Source of the DNA: Camelus dromedarius
Lineage: Eukaryota
NCBI RefSeq assembly: GCF_036321535.1
Contig: NC_087437.1
Coordinates: 67,706,001-67,770,000 of the forward strand
Length of the DNA stretch: 64,000 nucleotides
Direction: 5' to 3'
The notes beneath the pieces are model-generated. The model had not been told where the DNA came from. It ran no database searches and was given only the letters and a program-made list of their open reading frames with translations. The translations under genes were made by a program, and so were the position numbers. This document shows, piece by piece, positions 52,480 through 64,000 of this stretch (position 1 is its first letter; every line of letters begins with the position of its first letter).

Positions 52480-53085
52480 CCACAGAGGTGTAAGGGAGCC
52501 TTGGAAGTCATTAATTCTAATATTCACCCCTTCAGGAATCCTTTACTAAAACTACCTGATAGACTGTCATCAAAACCTCTGATGGAAAACTTCTGTTGAT
52601 TGGAAGCTCATTGCATTATAAGCCAACCTATTTGCCTTTGAAGTTCCCTGTTTTTAACAAAGTGTTTCTAAATATTAATCAGCCTCTCTAATATCCAGCC
52701 GTTTATTTTATTAATGCCCTGGAAAATCACATAAAATAAATTTAATTTTTCTGTATGGAAGTCCCTCAATTATTTGGTGATAGTATATCAGCTCAAGTCT
52801 TCCTTCCTCCAGTTAAAATAGCCCTAATTCTCTTTATATGTCATAGCATTAAAATCCATGGAATTCTTATCACTTTCCGTATAATTTACCTAGGCTTTTT
52901 TAGGTCCATAAATGTGATCTGACCAGGGCAGACTACTGTGGGATTATAATCTTCCTTATGCTAGATACCATACTTTATTAATAAAGTCTCCTATCACATT
53001 AGCATTTTTGACAGACTTATTACCCTTTTGAATCACAATAAATTTTCAGACAATTGAAAACCCCTATGGTTTTTCACATAAACAG
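52480..53085 (-). mobile_element. L3/CR1 LINE 3' region
   Basis: ccttggaagtcat...gatctgaccagggcagactactgtgggattataatcttccttatgctagataccatacttt resembles the reverse L3 3' end. Confidence 0.65.
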
Positions 53086-53109
53086 ATATTAAGTCAAAAA
53101 TTAAGGTAT

Positions 53110-53265
53110 GAAGAGAAAGGAAATTAGACTGGATTGTACTTTGTCCAAATTTTGCTGCTACTTTATTTTGTGAACTTAGGCAAGTATCTGGTCCTCTGTT
53201 TCTTCAACTGTAAAATGGAAGTTCGGATTAAATGATTTCTAGGGTCCTTAGCAACTCTAATACTC
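53110..53265 (+). mobile_element. MIR3-type SINE
   Basis: tgtgaacttaggcaagt...ctgtttcttcaactgtaaaatgg...atgatttctagggtccttagcaactctaa. Confidence 0.7.
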
Positions 53266-53489
53266 CATTGTTTTAGGAAACCCTATGTGTTTCTCATGTA
53301 ATTTTTTTTAACTAAAACATGAAACTTCTCACTTATCTCACAACAAAAACTCACTATTGCTGTTTATTTACATTTATTATTATTTCTGTTGACATTCACC
53401 TTTTAAAATTTGGATCCATAGATACACGTATATGGAATTCAGTTATTCTCTGGGAAGCTCCTAAGTGTGGAGGGGAGTAAAGTATCTTT

Positions 53490-54090
53490 CACTCCAACAT
53501 GGAGTGTTGAGTCAGAGAAGCATATCACTACTATGAGAGATATGAAACAGGACGGGAATGGACGAGGCTGTGGTTATTTGAGAAAATGTTTATGGAAGAC
53601 TGTTTTTGGAAGGCCTATGCACCTGGTGGTGGGCCTGTCACCTCTATTGCAGTAGGTCCAGTTGAGAAAAAAAAAGCTGAACATGAATTAGGGAAAAATG
53701 AGGATAGATTAGAATTTCTAAAGATAAATTGCAACCCATGTGGACAAACTGGAACCCACACTTGTGTGTCATCACCTCTAATCTTGACAAGGTGGGAGGC
53801 CTGCAGAAGGTATGCAGCTCCCTCTGAGGAACTATCCATGCAACTGGCCCAGCCCTTGGAGAGGCTGAGGAAGGGATATGTTGGGAACTAGAGGAGCTGA
53901 AGGCCCAGCTGCTACCCCACAACATCAAGGGGAACTTGTATATTAGCAACGATGGGCACCAGCTCTGGTGGTGACTGAACACTATCCAACTTTTACTTCA
54001 CTGGCTTCTGTATCTCATGCAAACTTCCTTGCAGTCATCCTAACCCAGAACCATGCAGGGAAGGGAATTCAGAGAATGTGCTTCCTGATG
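53490..54090 (-). mobile_element. Ancient solo LTR (LTR78-like)
   Basis: GC-elevated 600-bp block with ggacaaactggaacccac, gaggagctgaaggcccagctgct and cctaacccagaaccatgcagggaagggaattc, all recalled LTR78 motifs. Confidence 0.6.
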
Positions 54091-56909
54091 GTGCAAATAT
54101 GCAGCAGAAATAGCATTTTCTGACTACTTTAGACAGCATTTGAAGGTCTAGAAAAAAGAATTATAGGCAACCGTAAAACAAATTTAAAAATGGAAAGAAT
54201 CGGCATCACTTGCTTTGATTACATAATGAAACGTAATAGCATAATAACTGAAAAGTCTAAAACAACATTTTTAATGTTCAGGCGCATAAGTAAATTTTAA
54301 TAAGCTCTCTGTTCAGTATAATAAAATGCATCAACAAATATACAGGACTGTGTTTTTAGGATATGTGTGACATTGAAATCATGTAAGTGTGACCCATGCA
54401 CTCAGTACTTTTGAAATGTTTGTGTGTATTTGTGTGGAGTTTCTTCTAGAGTTTTTCTTCTGGAGGCTCTCTCTTGATCCTTCTCTCCTTTCTTTGAGTG
54501 ACTCTTTTTCCTCACTTCCAGTCTTAACTTGAGCACTTCTCCACTAGTGTTCATTCCACCAAATCTTTTGATTCATAGTTCACAATTTGTTTTTAAATTA
54601 CATTATTTTAGTTTGTATTCTCTATTTAACTATCTATTTATATTACTTTCATCATGGAAAGCAGCTTTTGGTCTGCTGTTGTCTGTCATGGTCTCAAAGA
54701 AAGACGTGTACAATTGCAAGACATTGTCATCCTGAATAGACAGAATTGTATGTAATGTTAAAAACATTAGTATTTTGAATACTCAGAGTATTCTGTGGTC
54801 TATGAATGGTTCTAAGTGCTTCTGGATGTGCCTCTTAAAACACAGTAGCTCAAGGTATTCTGTTCTCATTAAGTCAAGAGGGGCTTAAAATAATTATTCT
54901 AAATTTAATGTCTTTATGGGACTTAATTATTTTTCACCTGCCTTAAAACAGCCAAATCAACCAAAACAGAGGTGTTTTCTTAAACTTCACAAACTGATCT
55001 GGGGGTAATGTAGAAGAAAGAGTGGTTAATGACTTTTTATTTGATCTGTGAGAGGCAAAGTGCATCTTTTTACGTTTAAGAAACTATTATATCAGATGTG
55101 TACCGTGGAATCTTACCTCAATACCTTATCACCTCCAGCTTATTTCTAAGTTGTTCCCTGACTTATACCAAATCACACTCCTGAAATACTAATTGTGATT
55201 ACTGCTGGTGATTCCAGGCACCCAGAACTTTCTGTCTATAGTAGGGCAAGATAATGAACAAGAGAATTGCTTTCATTGCTGCTACGCCAGATAAGGACAA
55301 TTAAAAAGGATTAAAAAGTTCAGGAGGTTATTAAGAGAAACTTAGGGTTGGAGGTTGGTGATAAATGAGATTTAGATGCTGGTGACCTATTTAAGCCTCA
55401 AGGGAGGAACTCTGAGTGTACTTATGTAAATGTCAGGAAATGTTGGTATTTACCTATTCATCATCTATTTAGAATAGTAGGCTTGTGCTTTGCAGACATT
55501 TACCAAAACAGCAACAACAACAAAATCGAGTAGTTTTTGACAGCCAAAGGTATTATATAGCATTTCCATCTTCTTTTAAACCTCTGTACTCTGGATAAAC
55601 TTTTAGAAGAAGAGAAATTTTTTTCTGCCCAATTAAGACCACTTAAATTTCTCCTATTAATTAAACATTAAAGTTTCCCTATAGTACAGCTAATTAATCC
55701 TTGAAATATGAAAATCACCATGAGAAGACGATTTATAGTAATAATTTACATAAATTCATGCCTGTGCTATGGTGATCAAGATAGGAGAAAATGAAAATTA
55801 AATACCAGTGGGAGGAGAGAATGTCTATTTTCACATACCCTTAGCACAAAATGATGGACAATTGACTAATTTTATTTTTTCTCTTCACGATTAAAATCTT
55901 TCACTTGTATGTGTCAACTTGACAATTTAAAAATTTGATACATCTATAGATGCAATGAACTGAACTTTTCTTGAAGGAAATTATGTATGAAGTCAAGCTC
56001 TACAGATGCTCAAAATTTTAGACACTTTACAAAAACTAATCATTAACTTATTTTAATTTTCACAAAGTTCCCTTATTACCATTTTTTAAATAACAAGGGA
56101 AAGAAAGGAGTTAAGGAACTTACTAGTCTCCAGTTAGTGTGTTTCTTCATTGGTATTTGAGCCCAAAACTTGACCGTATAAGGCAGTAGTGACTCTGCTC
56201 CATGGTGTGTTTGGAAGATGCAATGATTCAATGTAAATGAATGTGTTTTGCAAGCATCAATTGTTGGAAGTATTATGTCTATTGAGAAGCTTCCCCACAG
56301 GAAGCATTCCTCTTTAAAGATATCTGAAGTCATTCTTACAATTTCTAGAACGTCATTGCAATGAGGCAAGGACAGAGACTTTACAAAATTTTCATATATA
56401 ATGCTATTAGCTCTTTATTTTTCCTTTTTTTGTAGACCTGCTGGGTAGATTTTCTGGGCTGGACAGGAAGACAGCCTCTGGGGAGGAGAGGGAGGTAGAA
56501 GCCGCAGCTGCTCTTGCAGCTGCAGAAAGATGCTGACACAGGACCCACTGGGAAAGCACTGAATGGAGTGCAGTAATTTGGTGGAGAAAGGCAGGAAAGG
56601 CAGAGCAGCATGCAGTGAAGAATGACTCAGAGAGTTTTCCCTATCCAGAACTTTATTCTGCTAGAATTCTCTTCAGCGTTTTTGTCATTGTAAATTGGAG
56701 ACTTGGAATCAGCAAGAGACAGAAGAGTGTCTCTGATGAACCTCCAGATGGAGGTGCTTTTTTTTTTAAAGCAGGAATAGAAAGAGAAGTGTACTTGCAT
56801 ACCAAAAAGGGGTACAAAGGGTAGATGGGCATCTCTAGACCAACGAGATTGTTAAGTGACTGCAGAGGGAGCAGCACCTCTCAGTAGCCCTCTGGGTAAT
56901 CTTAAGCTT

Positions 56910-57045
56910 TGGGAGGTGATGGATGTTTATTTTGATGGTTCTGATGTTGTCATAAGTATATGCATGTGTCCAAACTCATCCAATTGTATACAGGAAATAC
57001 TTGAAGTTTTTGAAAAATATCAATTTTACTTCAAAAAAGCTGTGA
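56910..57045 (+). mobile_element. L1M 3' terminal fragment
   Basis: ttgggaggtgatgga...tgtccaaactcatccaattgtatac...tcaattttacttcaaaaaagctgt. Confidence 0.7.
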
Positions 57046-57309
57046 AACAAAAACAAAAACAGAGGAAGAAAGAAAGAAATGGTTCCATTCAGTCTCGGTC
57101 ACTTCCTTTGAGAAAGGGGCTACAATTTAGCCCTATACACTACAATGTAAGAGAAAATTGACTAAATTCAACATCTAAGCTTATTTCTAGCCCAGGAAAT
57201 TAGAAAAAAGGATCTGCAACTGGCTTACAAACAGTGCCTACTGTGCTATTTATTGGTGGTGTTTCAAAGAATATATTTAGAGAACAATGCTTAAAATATT
57301 TAAATTATT

Positions 57310-60300
57310 TCTGAACAGCTTTATTGAGGTATAGTTTCCATACAATAAAATTTACTGATTTCAAGTGTATAATTTTATGAGTTTATCAAATGTGTATAGT
57401 CATAGAAGCACCATCACAATCACAAAATAGAACATTTCCATCATGACAAAAAAGTTCCTTTACTAGTCTTTGCAGTCAGTCACCTCTTCCTATTCCTGGC
57501 TCCTAGATAACAAGGCTGATATGTTCCTAACATTACAGTTTGCCCTTTTCTAGAATTTCATATAAAGGATATCATGCCACATATAGTATTTTCTTTTCGG
57601 GTTTATCCGTTCTGTTTCCTGTACCAGTTAGTTTCTTTTTATTGCTGAATAATATTCTCTTGTATGGATACACCACATGTTTATCCCTTCACCAGATGGT
57701 GGACCTTTGTGCTGTTTCCAGCTTGGAGCTATGATAGATAGAACTCCTGAGAACATTCGCATATAAGTTGTGCTGTGGATATGCTTTTTCATTTCTCTTG
57801 AATCAGTATCTAGAAGTGGGATTGTTAGGTCATAGAGAAGTAAATGTTTATAAGAAATTACCAAATGGTATCCAAAATGGATATAGTATTTTGGATTCCC
57901 ACCAGCAATGTATGAGAGATCAAGTTCAATGTCTTACAGATATTTGGAATTATCAGTTCTTTTAATTCAAGCTACTATGGTAGCTATGCAGTAGTATTTC
58001 ATTAGGGCTGTTATCTGCATATACCCAATGAGGAATGATGATAAATATTCCCACTCATATATCATATCTGGTGAAGTATGTATTCAAATATTTTGCAAAC
58101 TCTTTATTTGATTTTGTCTTTCTATAATTATAGACTTGTAAAATACTTTATATATGCCGGACATAAATCTTTAATCAGATACCAGTTTTGCATATATTTC
58201 TCCCAGAATGTTGTGTGCCTTTTTATTTTCTTAACAATGTCTTTTGAAAAGTAAAATTTATTAAAATTAATTCAGTTCAATGTATTGATTTTTATTTTAT
58301 GTTTTATTCTTTTTCTGTCCTATCTAGGATATATTTGCCTATCCCAAGGTCACAAAAATTTTCTGCTATATTTTCTTTTATAAGTTTTATAGTTTTTAGC
58401 TCTGGCATTTAGGTGCTTACATTCTGTGTATGGTGTGAGGTTAGGGATAGGTTTAGTTATTTATTTAATTATTTTGCATATAGATATCCAATTATTCCAG
58501 TAGAATTTGTTGAAAAGACTAAAATTTTCACAATGAAATTCCATAACATCTTTGTTGACAATCAGTTGACCATACATGTCTATTTCTGGACTTTTTTTTC
58601 TGTGCCATTAACCCATATGTCTATATTTATGCAAAGATCACACTGCCTTGATTGCTGTGCTTTATACTAACTTATACTAATCTTGAAATCAGGTATATGT
58701 ATTCTCTGATTTTTTTCTTTTCAAATTATTTTGACTACTCTGGGGGCTCTACAGTTCCATATTAATTTTAAAGTCAGCTAGTCAGTTTCTTTAAATGACC
58801 TACTGAAATTTTGTTTGAGATTGTTTTGAATCTATAAGTTTGGGGGAGAATTACCAATGTAATAGTATAGCATTCATGAACATGATATATCTCTCTACAT
58901 ACTAAGGTCTTCTTTAATTTATTTCAACAATTGTAGCTTTAAGCACATAGATCTTACACATATCTTGTTATTTTTATCACCAAATATTTCATATTTTTGA
59001 TGCTATTATAAATGATGCAAATTTTGAAAATAATTTACAATTGTTACTAGTAGATAGAAATTTAATTAACTTTGGTATACTGACCTTGCACATGAAAATT
59101 TGGTATATTAACTCCCTTAAGTTTTTGGAGACTTTGGGGAAGAATTATCTACAATTGTCTGAGAAGACTTGTGTCTTTCCAAATTCTGTCTATTTCTACT
59201 TCTTGTCTTTTTGCACTGGCTAGGACCTGTTTACTAGTTACAGGGGGAAAACGTTCAGTTTTTACTAATTATAGGGGGAAAACGTTCAGTTTTTACTATT
59301 AAGCATTATGTTAGTTGTAGGTGTTCTGTAGATGCTCTTTATGAGACTTCTATTCCTAATATGCTGAGTTTTTTTTATCATAACTAGTTGTATATTGATA
59401 GAGATGAATATATAATTTTTCTTTCTTATTCTTTAATATTGACCATACACATTTGTATTTTTGAGTTTTTTTTTTTTAATATTAAAGCAAACTAGAATGT
59501 ATAAGATACACTCCAATTGTAGTGTATTATCCTTTTTATATATTGCTGAGTTTAATTTGTTAAAGATGGATTTTTCTATCTTTGATCATGATGAATATCA
59601 GTCTGTAGGGTTTTTTGGGGTTTTTTTTGTACTTTTGCTTTATTGTTTTTGGCATCAGGATGATGCTGGACTCTTAAATGAACTGGGAAGTAATCTATTT
59701 TTTTCTAGAAGCATTTGTTTAGGATTGGTATTATGTCTACCTTCAAAGTTTTATAACATCATTGAAAACATCTGAGCCTGGAGTTGTCTTTGTGGCAAGG
59801 GTTTTGAACCTTTGAATTTCTTTTAGTGTTACGGACTACTGAGATTATTTCTTCTTGAATTTGCTCTAGTAGTTTGTACTCTATGCATTTAACCTAAGTT
59901 GTGGATTTTATTGACAAACCTTTTTTGTAATGATGTTCCTTTTTAATTCTTGATATTCATAGTTTGAGTCTCGTCTTTTTTACCAGATAAATATAAATAT
60001 GGCTAGAAATACATTGACTATATCGATCTTATAGAACTTGCATTGGGTTTCCTGCATTTTCTCAACTTTTTTGTTTATTTTCTATTTGATTAATTTTTTG
60101 CCACTATCTGTATAATCCCCTTGCTTATGTTTACCTTGTACTTACATTGCTCTTCCGTTACTACTTTTGAAGTTGGGAGCACAGTTCACTCATTTGACAC
60201 TACTCATTCTTATCTATCATAAGCCTTAAAACCTATAAAACTCACTCTCAGACTGCTTTAGCAGTGTCACACATTTTCCTAAGTTGTATTTTCATTTTTT

Positions 60301-60450
60301 TCAGATCAAAAGATTTTCTGATTTTCCTTGTGATTTCTTATTTTTCCCTATGTCACTAAGGTCACATTATTTAATATACAAATATTAGAGAATTTTCTAG
60401 ATCTTTTTGTTATCAATTTCTAGTTTAGATTCATTCTGGTGAGAGAACAC
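57310..60450 (-). mobile_element. L1MB/L1ME-type element, 3' UTR plus decayed ORF2 (~3.1 kb)
   Basis: 3' end acagctttattgaggtatag...tacaataaa. Minus ORF 57628..57864 is the ORF2 C-terminus/3' UTR boundary. Continuous T-rich ORF2-derived sequence to attctggtgagagaac. Confidence 0.85.
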
Positions 60451-60959
60451 AGGAGACTAGAACTAAATGCAACTTCTGGTTGTGAAAAAAAAGTGTAGTG
60501 GAAAAGTGTTTATGTTATAAAAGGTGTGCTAACTCTATAAAATAAGTTTTGTTTTATTTAAATAAAAAGTTTTCTCAGTAGAATGATATTTAAAATGTGT
60601 TTAATTTGAAACTGCTATTTACACAACTTTTCCACATATACAGTCATTCCTTGCATAAAGCAATATCTACTTTATCATATTACTGCTACTACTGGGATAT
60701 GTTACGTTTAATTTCACCAGATGACTGAAAGAAAGCTAACAGACGAAAGACACTTGGGAGAGTCAGGATAATTTAGTTCTAATAACACCTGGCAGAAATG
60801 TAGGATGGAGTTACAGAGTGAAAAGGAAAATTAAAGATAATTGAGAATATAGATAATGATACCTACAGCAGTATGTATTGGTATTGCTATAATCGAATGT
60901 TCTTTGCATAAATATACTGTTTGGAAATTTTTGCTGACTTCTTGTGGTAACTATAAAGG

Positions 60960-61407
60960 TGTCCTGCTCAGGTATCTCTTCAGTGAACCTGCTGTGGGTT
61001 GCATAGCTGATTGACAGCTGGTAGCTGCTGGATCATCAGATTGACCATGGGCCGTGGGCACATTAGTGCTGCTCCGAGCCGATGACCAAGCATGGCTAAA
61101 GGAACTGAATCAGGCTCTTTCTGCCTCATATGAGAGTCCTCCAACCAGCACCTTTGGCTTCGAGATTCCCTGTCATCCTGGATGAAACTTTCTTAGAACT
61201 GCCTTGTGGTCTGAGGACTTTTCCTCACAATCCTTCCTTCCCTCTCTTTTGTCCAGAGTGTCAGACTTGTGAGCTCTCTTCCAACCTGCTCCTTCTTTCC
61301 TTCCCCCTTATCCCTCACAGGCATTCGTTTCCTCCCGTCAGTCGTTTGCTTTCCTGCTCCCAACTGGGTGTCCTGTCTTCTGCACTCAGAACACCTGAAA
61401 TGGCACA
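60960..61407 (+). mobile_element. LTR16-family (ERVL) solo LTR
   Basis: agctgattgacagct...gaaactttcttagaactgcc...ttcccccttatccctcacaggcatt...cacctgaaatggcaca. Confidence 0.65.
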
Positions 61408-61849
61408 GTTACATTAACAAAGAACCTGTCTTTTTTCAATTAAAATGTTAAAAAGTATACAAAAGTCTTACAGTATAAAAACAATACCACTGGAAAAGTA
61501 GTTGGATTAAAGGTTTAACTCAATTAACTGCACTTTTAAAAAGCCTAGGCCCACCAAGGCACTATTTCACCTCATTTATCATACATATTTACATTGTAAA
61601 TGAAGGAAATAACTAATACAAGAAGTTCCCATTAGCCTTGTAAGGTCATAGAATAAAAAGTCCTATGTGCTTCCAGCAGTAAAAAAGTAAGTGATTTATT
61701 TTATGAAAATTAGTGCCTGACTTCTTATGGGCAGTTTTTATAAGATATTTATGTGAGCTAGATTTCTTTTACGAGAGCAGAGGAGTGGCAAGAATGGTCC
61801 AAGACGTAAGTGAGTGAGAATCTGGAAGCTGGAGGTTTAAATTGGGTCA

Positions 61850-61952
61850 GCAGATATGAGGGGGTATATAGGAACTCTCTGCATTTTCTGCTCAGTTTTT
61901 CTATAAAACAAACTGCTTTAAAAATAAAGCTCATTAACTTAAAAAAAAAATA
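61850..61952 (+). mobile_element. L1MC-type 3' terminal fragment
   Basis: gggtatataggaactctctgcattttctgctcagtttttctataaa...ctttaaaaataaag followed by an A tail. Confidence 0.75.
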
Positions 61953-64000
61953 AACAATTTTGAATGTACTTAGAAAGAGCCAGCCTGGTAAAAGAGACTA
62001 GACCCATACTATCCCTGTATCTTACATGAAGCTTCTTCACATATTTACTGCCTGGCCACGAAGATATTACAATGCTTCTTAAAATGGGCCTTCAATGAAT
62101 GAAGCAAAGTAGAGTGGAAGATTTTGAAGGAAGATGTTTCCTTCAAGTTTGGATAAATTGGTTGGGTACAAATTTTGGAAGGCCGTGAAAGCTAGACCAA
62201 GGAGGAAAGTTGGGTTCTGTTTGCTTGCTTGTTTGTTTTTTGATTTTTAGTGGGTCAAATATTTTGAGCAGAGAATGGTATTTAAATGCTAACAACAAAT
62301 GCACAAAAAAGAATAAAACTTTACTAGAATGAAATGCACAGCTGTAAAGCAATCTTAGAATGGCTTTTAGATTTGTTGTGTAGAAAGTTAATAGGAAAAA
62401 TAATAATGGAAAAAAATAAAAGAGGTTTTACAATACGTCTGGTTGTATCTCGGTCATGATAGCCTTTAAATTCAAGACTAATGGATGACTCAAGAGGCAA
62501 TGTAATGATTCAAATAAGAAAGGAGAATTAGGTTAGTTAGGCTTAAGTTATCTAGAAACTACCAGACAGCTAGAAATTAACACCTTCTCTTAACTGAAAA
62601 GCAAACTTTCTGCTTAAAAAGAAATAAGGAGAGCTATGAGTCACAAGGATTTCACGTTTCAGTTCTGTGATCAGTCTTCTGTCTTCAAGTGTTGGAAACC
62701 ATCATTAAATCCTTGATCTGGTGACAATTAAGTAAATGGTGGCTGTTCTGAGGCTGTCTGGAGAGACAGCGTGGGGATGGCTCTTAGACAGGCATCAGTT
62801 CTCTCCACCCCATCCACACAGACTGACACTGACTCTCAGTGACAGTCCAGAGGACAGCAGTGTTCACTGTGGCTCCAGGTGCTAGTTCTTGCTCTTCTCC
62901 TTTAAAGTTCATTAAAGACAAAGAGGCATGTGAAAACCACAAAATGAAAAGGAAGAAGAGAAAGGCAAAATCTGTGCTAAAAGGGCAGATGGGAGATCCT
63001 CTCAAAGATGAATTTGTTATGAGAATCAGATTTATGGGTGAAGTCAGTAAAAGCCCACAAGGGGAATATGTAGTAAGAACATTGATAATAAACTCATTAG
63101 GAATGTCTCCAAAGAACGTCTGAGTAGCGATTCAGATTCTAAAGTTGCATGGGCATGATATTAGCTTCAGAGATAGAGCAATATGTAGGGCATTTGGGGA
63201 GTTACCAAGGGAAATTAGAAGACAGCTCCTGGAAGGAAATTGCTATAGGTAAACCAAGGATTGAGAATATGCACATCCAGTTTTGAGATTAAAAGCTAGT
63301 ACTGCAGTGTATTGTATCTGGTGTGATGCAGTCTTTAAAGTAATTTCCTTTATCCCAATACCTAAATGAAGTTTCTTATCTATGGCACTGATGACTGTGT
63401 ACTGGTCACAAGTCTTTGTAGATTAGCTTCAGATTTCTAGCATCTGCACTGATGTTTCTTTTTATTGATGAGAGAGTTAATTGCATAGAGGAATAGGAAA
63501 TTGGAAGAAAACCAGCATATTAACTAATATCAGGATACGGTATCATTTTTCTTGTCTGTTTGTATATTTTTAATGGATAAGACTGTAAAATAGAGAAAAA
63601 GAATTCTATAGCTATAGAGAAAAACCTCGATATTTTCAGTTTTGTAATTCCTGTTAAGTCTCTGCCTAGTTTAAGCTAATAATCACCTAACTTTCTTTTC
63701 TCATCATTCATTTTTCTCATTTTTGTTCCTATGTTAAAAATCTGTTTTCTTTCATTCTTTCTTGAAGCTTATACTTTACCCCACCTCCAAGAATTCTTAC
63801 CTCTCTGCCTTGCTTCTTTTTTCTTATTGCAACTTGCCTTCCAAAAAGGAAGTGCTTATTTAATTTGAAAATATTAGTAAAAATGAGTTAGAAGGGGGAA
63901 AATAGAATAGCAATTCCAGGACCACATGTTTTTTCTTCTTTGATTGGCTTCACTTAATACTTTTATGCTTTCACTAGGATCTTAGTTGCATCTGCTGTAA

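Noticed and set aside
1..64000. CRISPR arrays, operons, rRNA or other prokaryotic/viral systems
   Set aside because: The sequence is mammalian. I saw no regularly spaced repeat-spacer arrays, long ORFs, or recognisable internal ERV or non-retroviral viral coding sequence.

Overview
AT-rich eutherian genomic DNA, most likely camelid: the only young SINE is a tRNA-Ala-derived vic-1-type element, and I saw no Alu, B1, PRE-1 or Bov-A/BovB copies. I found no intact, recognisable protein-coding gene, and most ORF-track entries are chance ORFs or L1 remnants. Roughly half of the window is transposable-element derived: L1s of several ages (one near-full-length with a decayed TSD, one internally deleted and rearranged), L2, L3/CR1, MIRs, solo LTRs (MLT1, MER89, LTR16 and LTR78 types), and MER5/MER91 DNA transposons. 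The most interesting non-repeat signal is a set of + strand exon-like blocks at 2300-9924 with strong splice sites, compatible phases and few stops, which may be a decayed (unitary/unprocessed) pseudogene that I cannot name. Other notable items are a CpG-retaining element with tandem NF-kB sites (~35.1-35.9 kb), a displaced L1 tail, an exact 22-bp direct repeat 1 kb apart, and a stop-free minus-strand exon candidate. Repeat family names come from recalled consensus features, not a database search, and most repeat boundaries are approximate.
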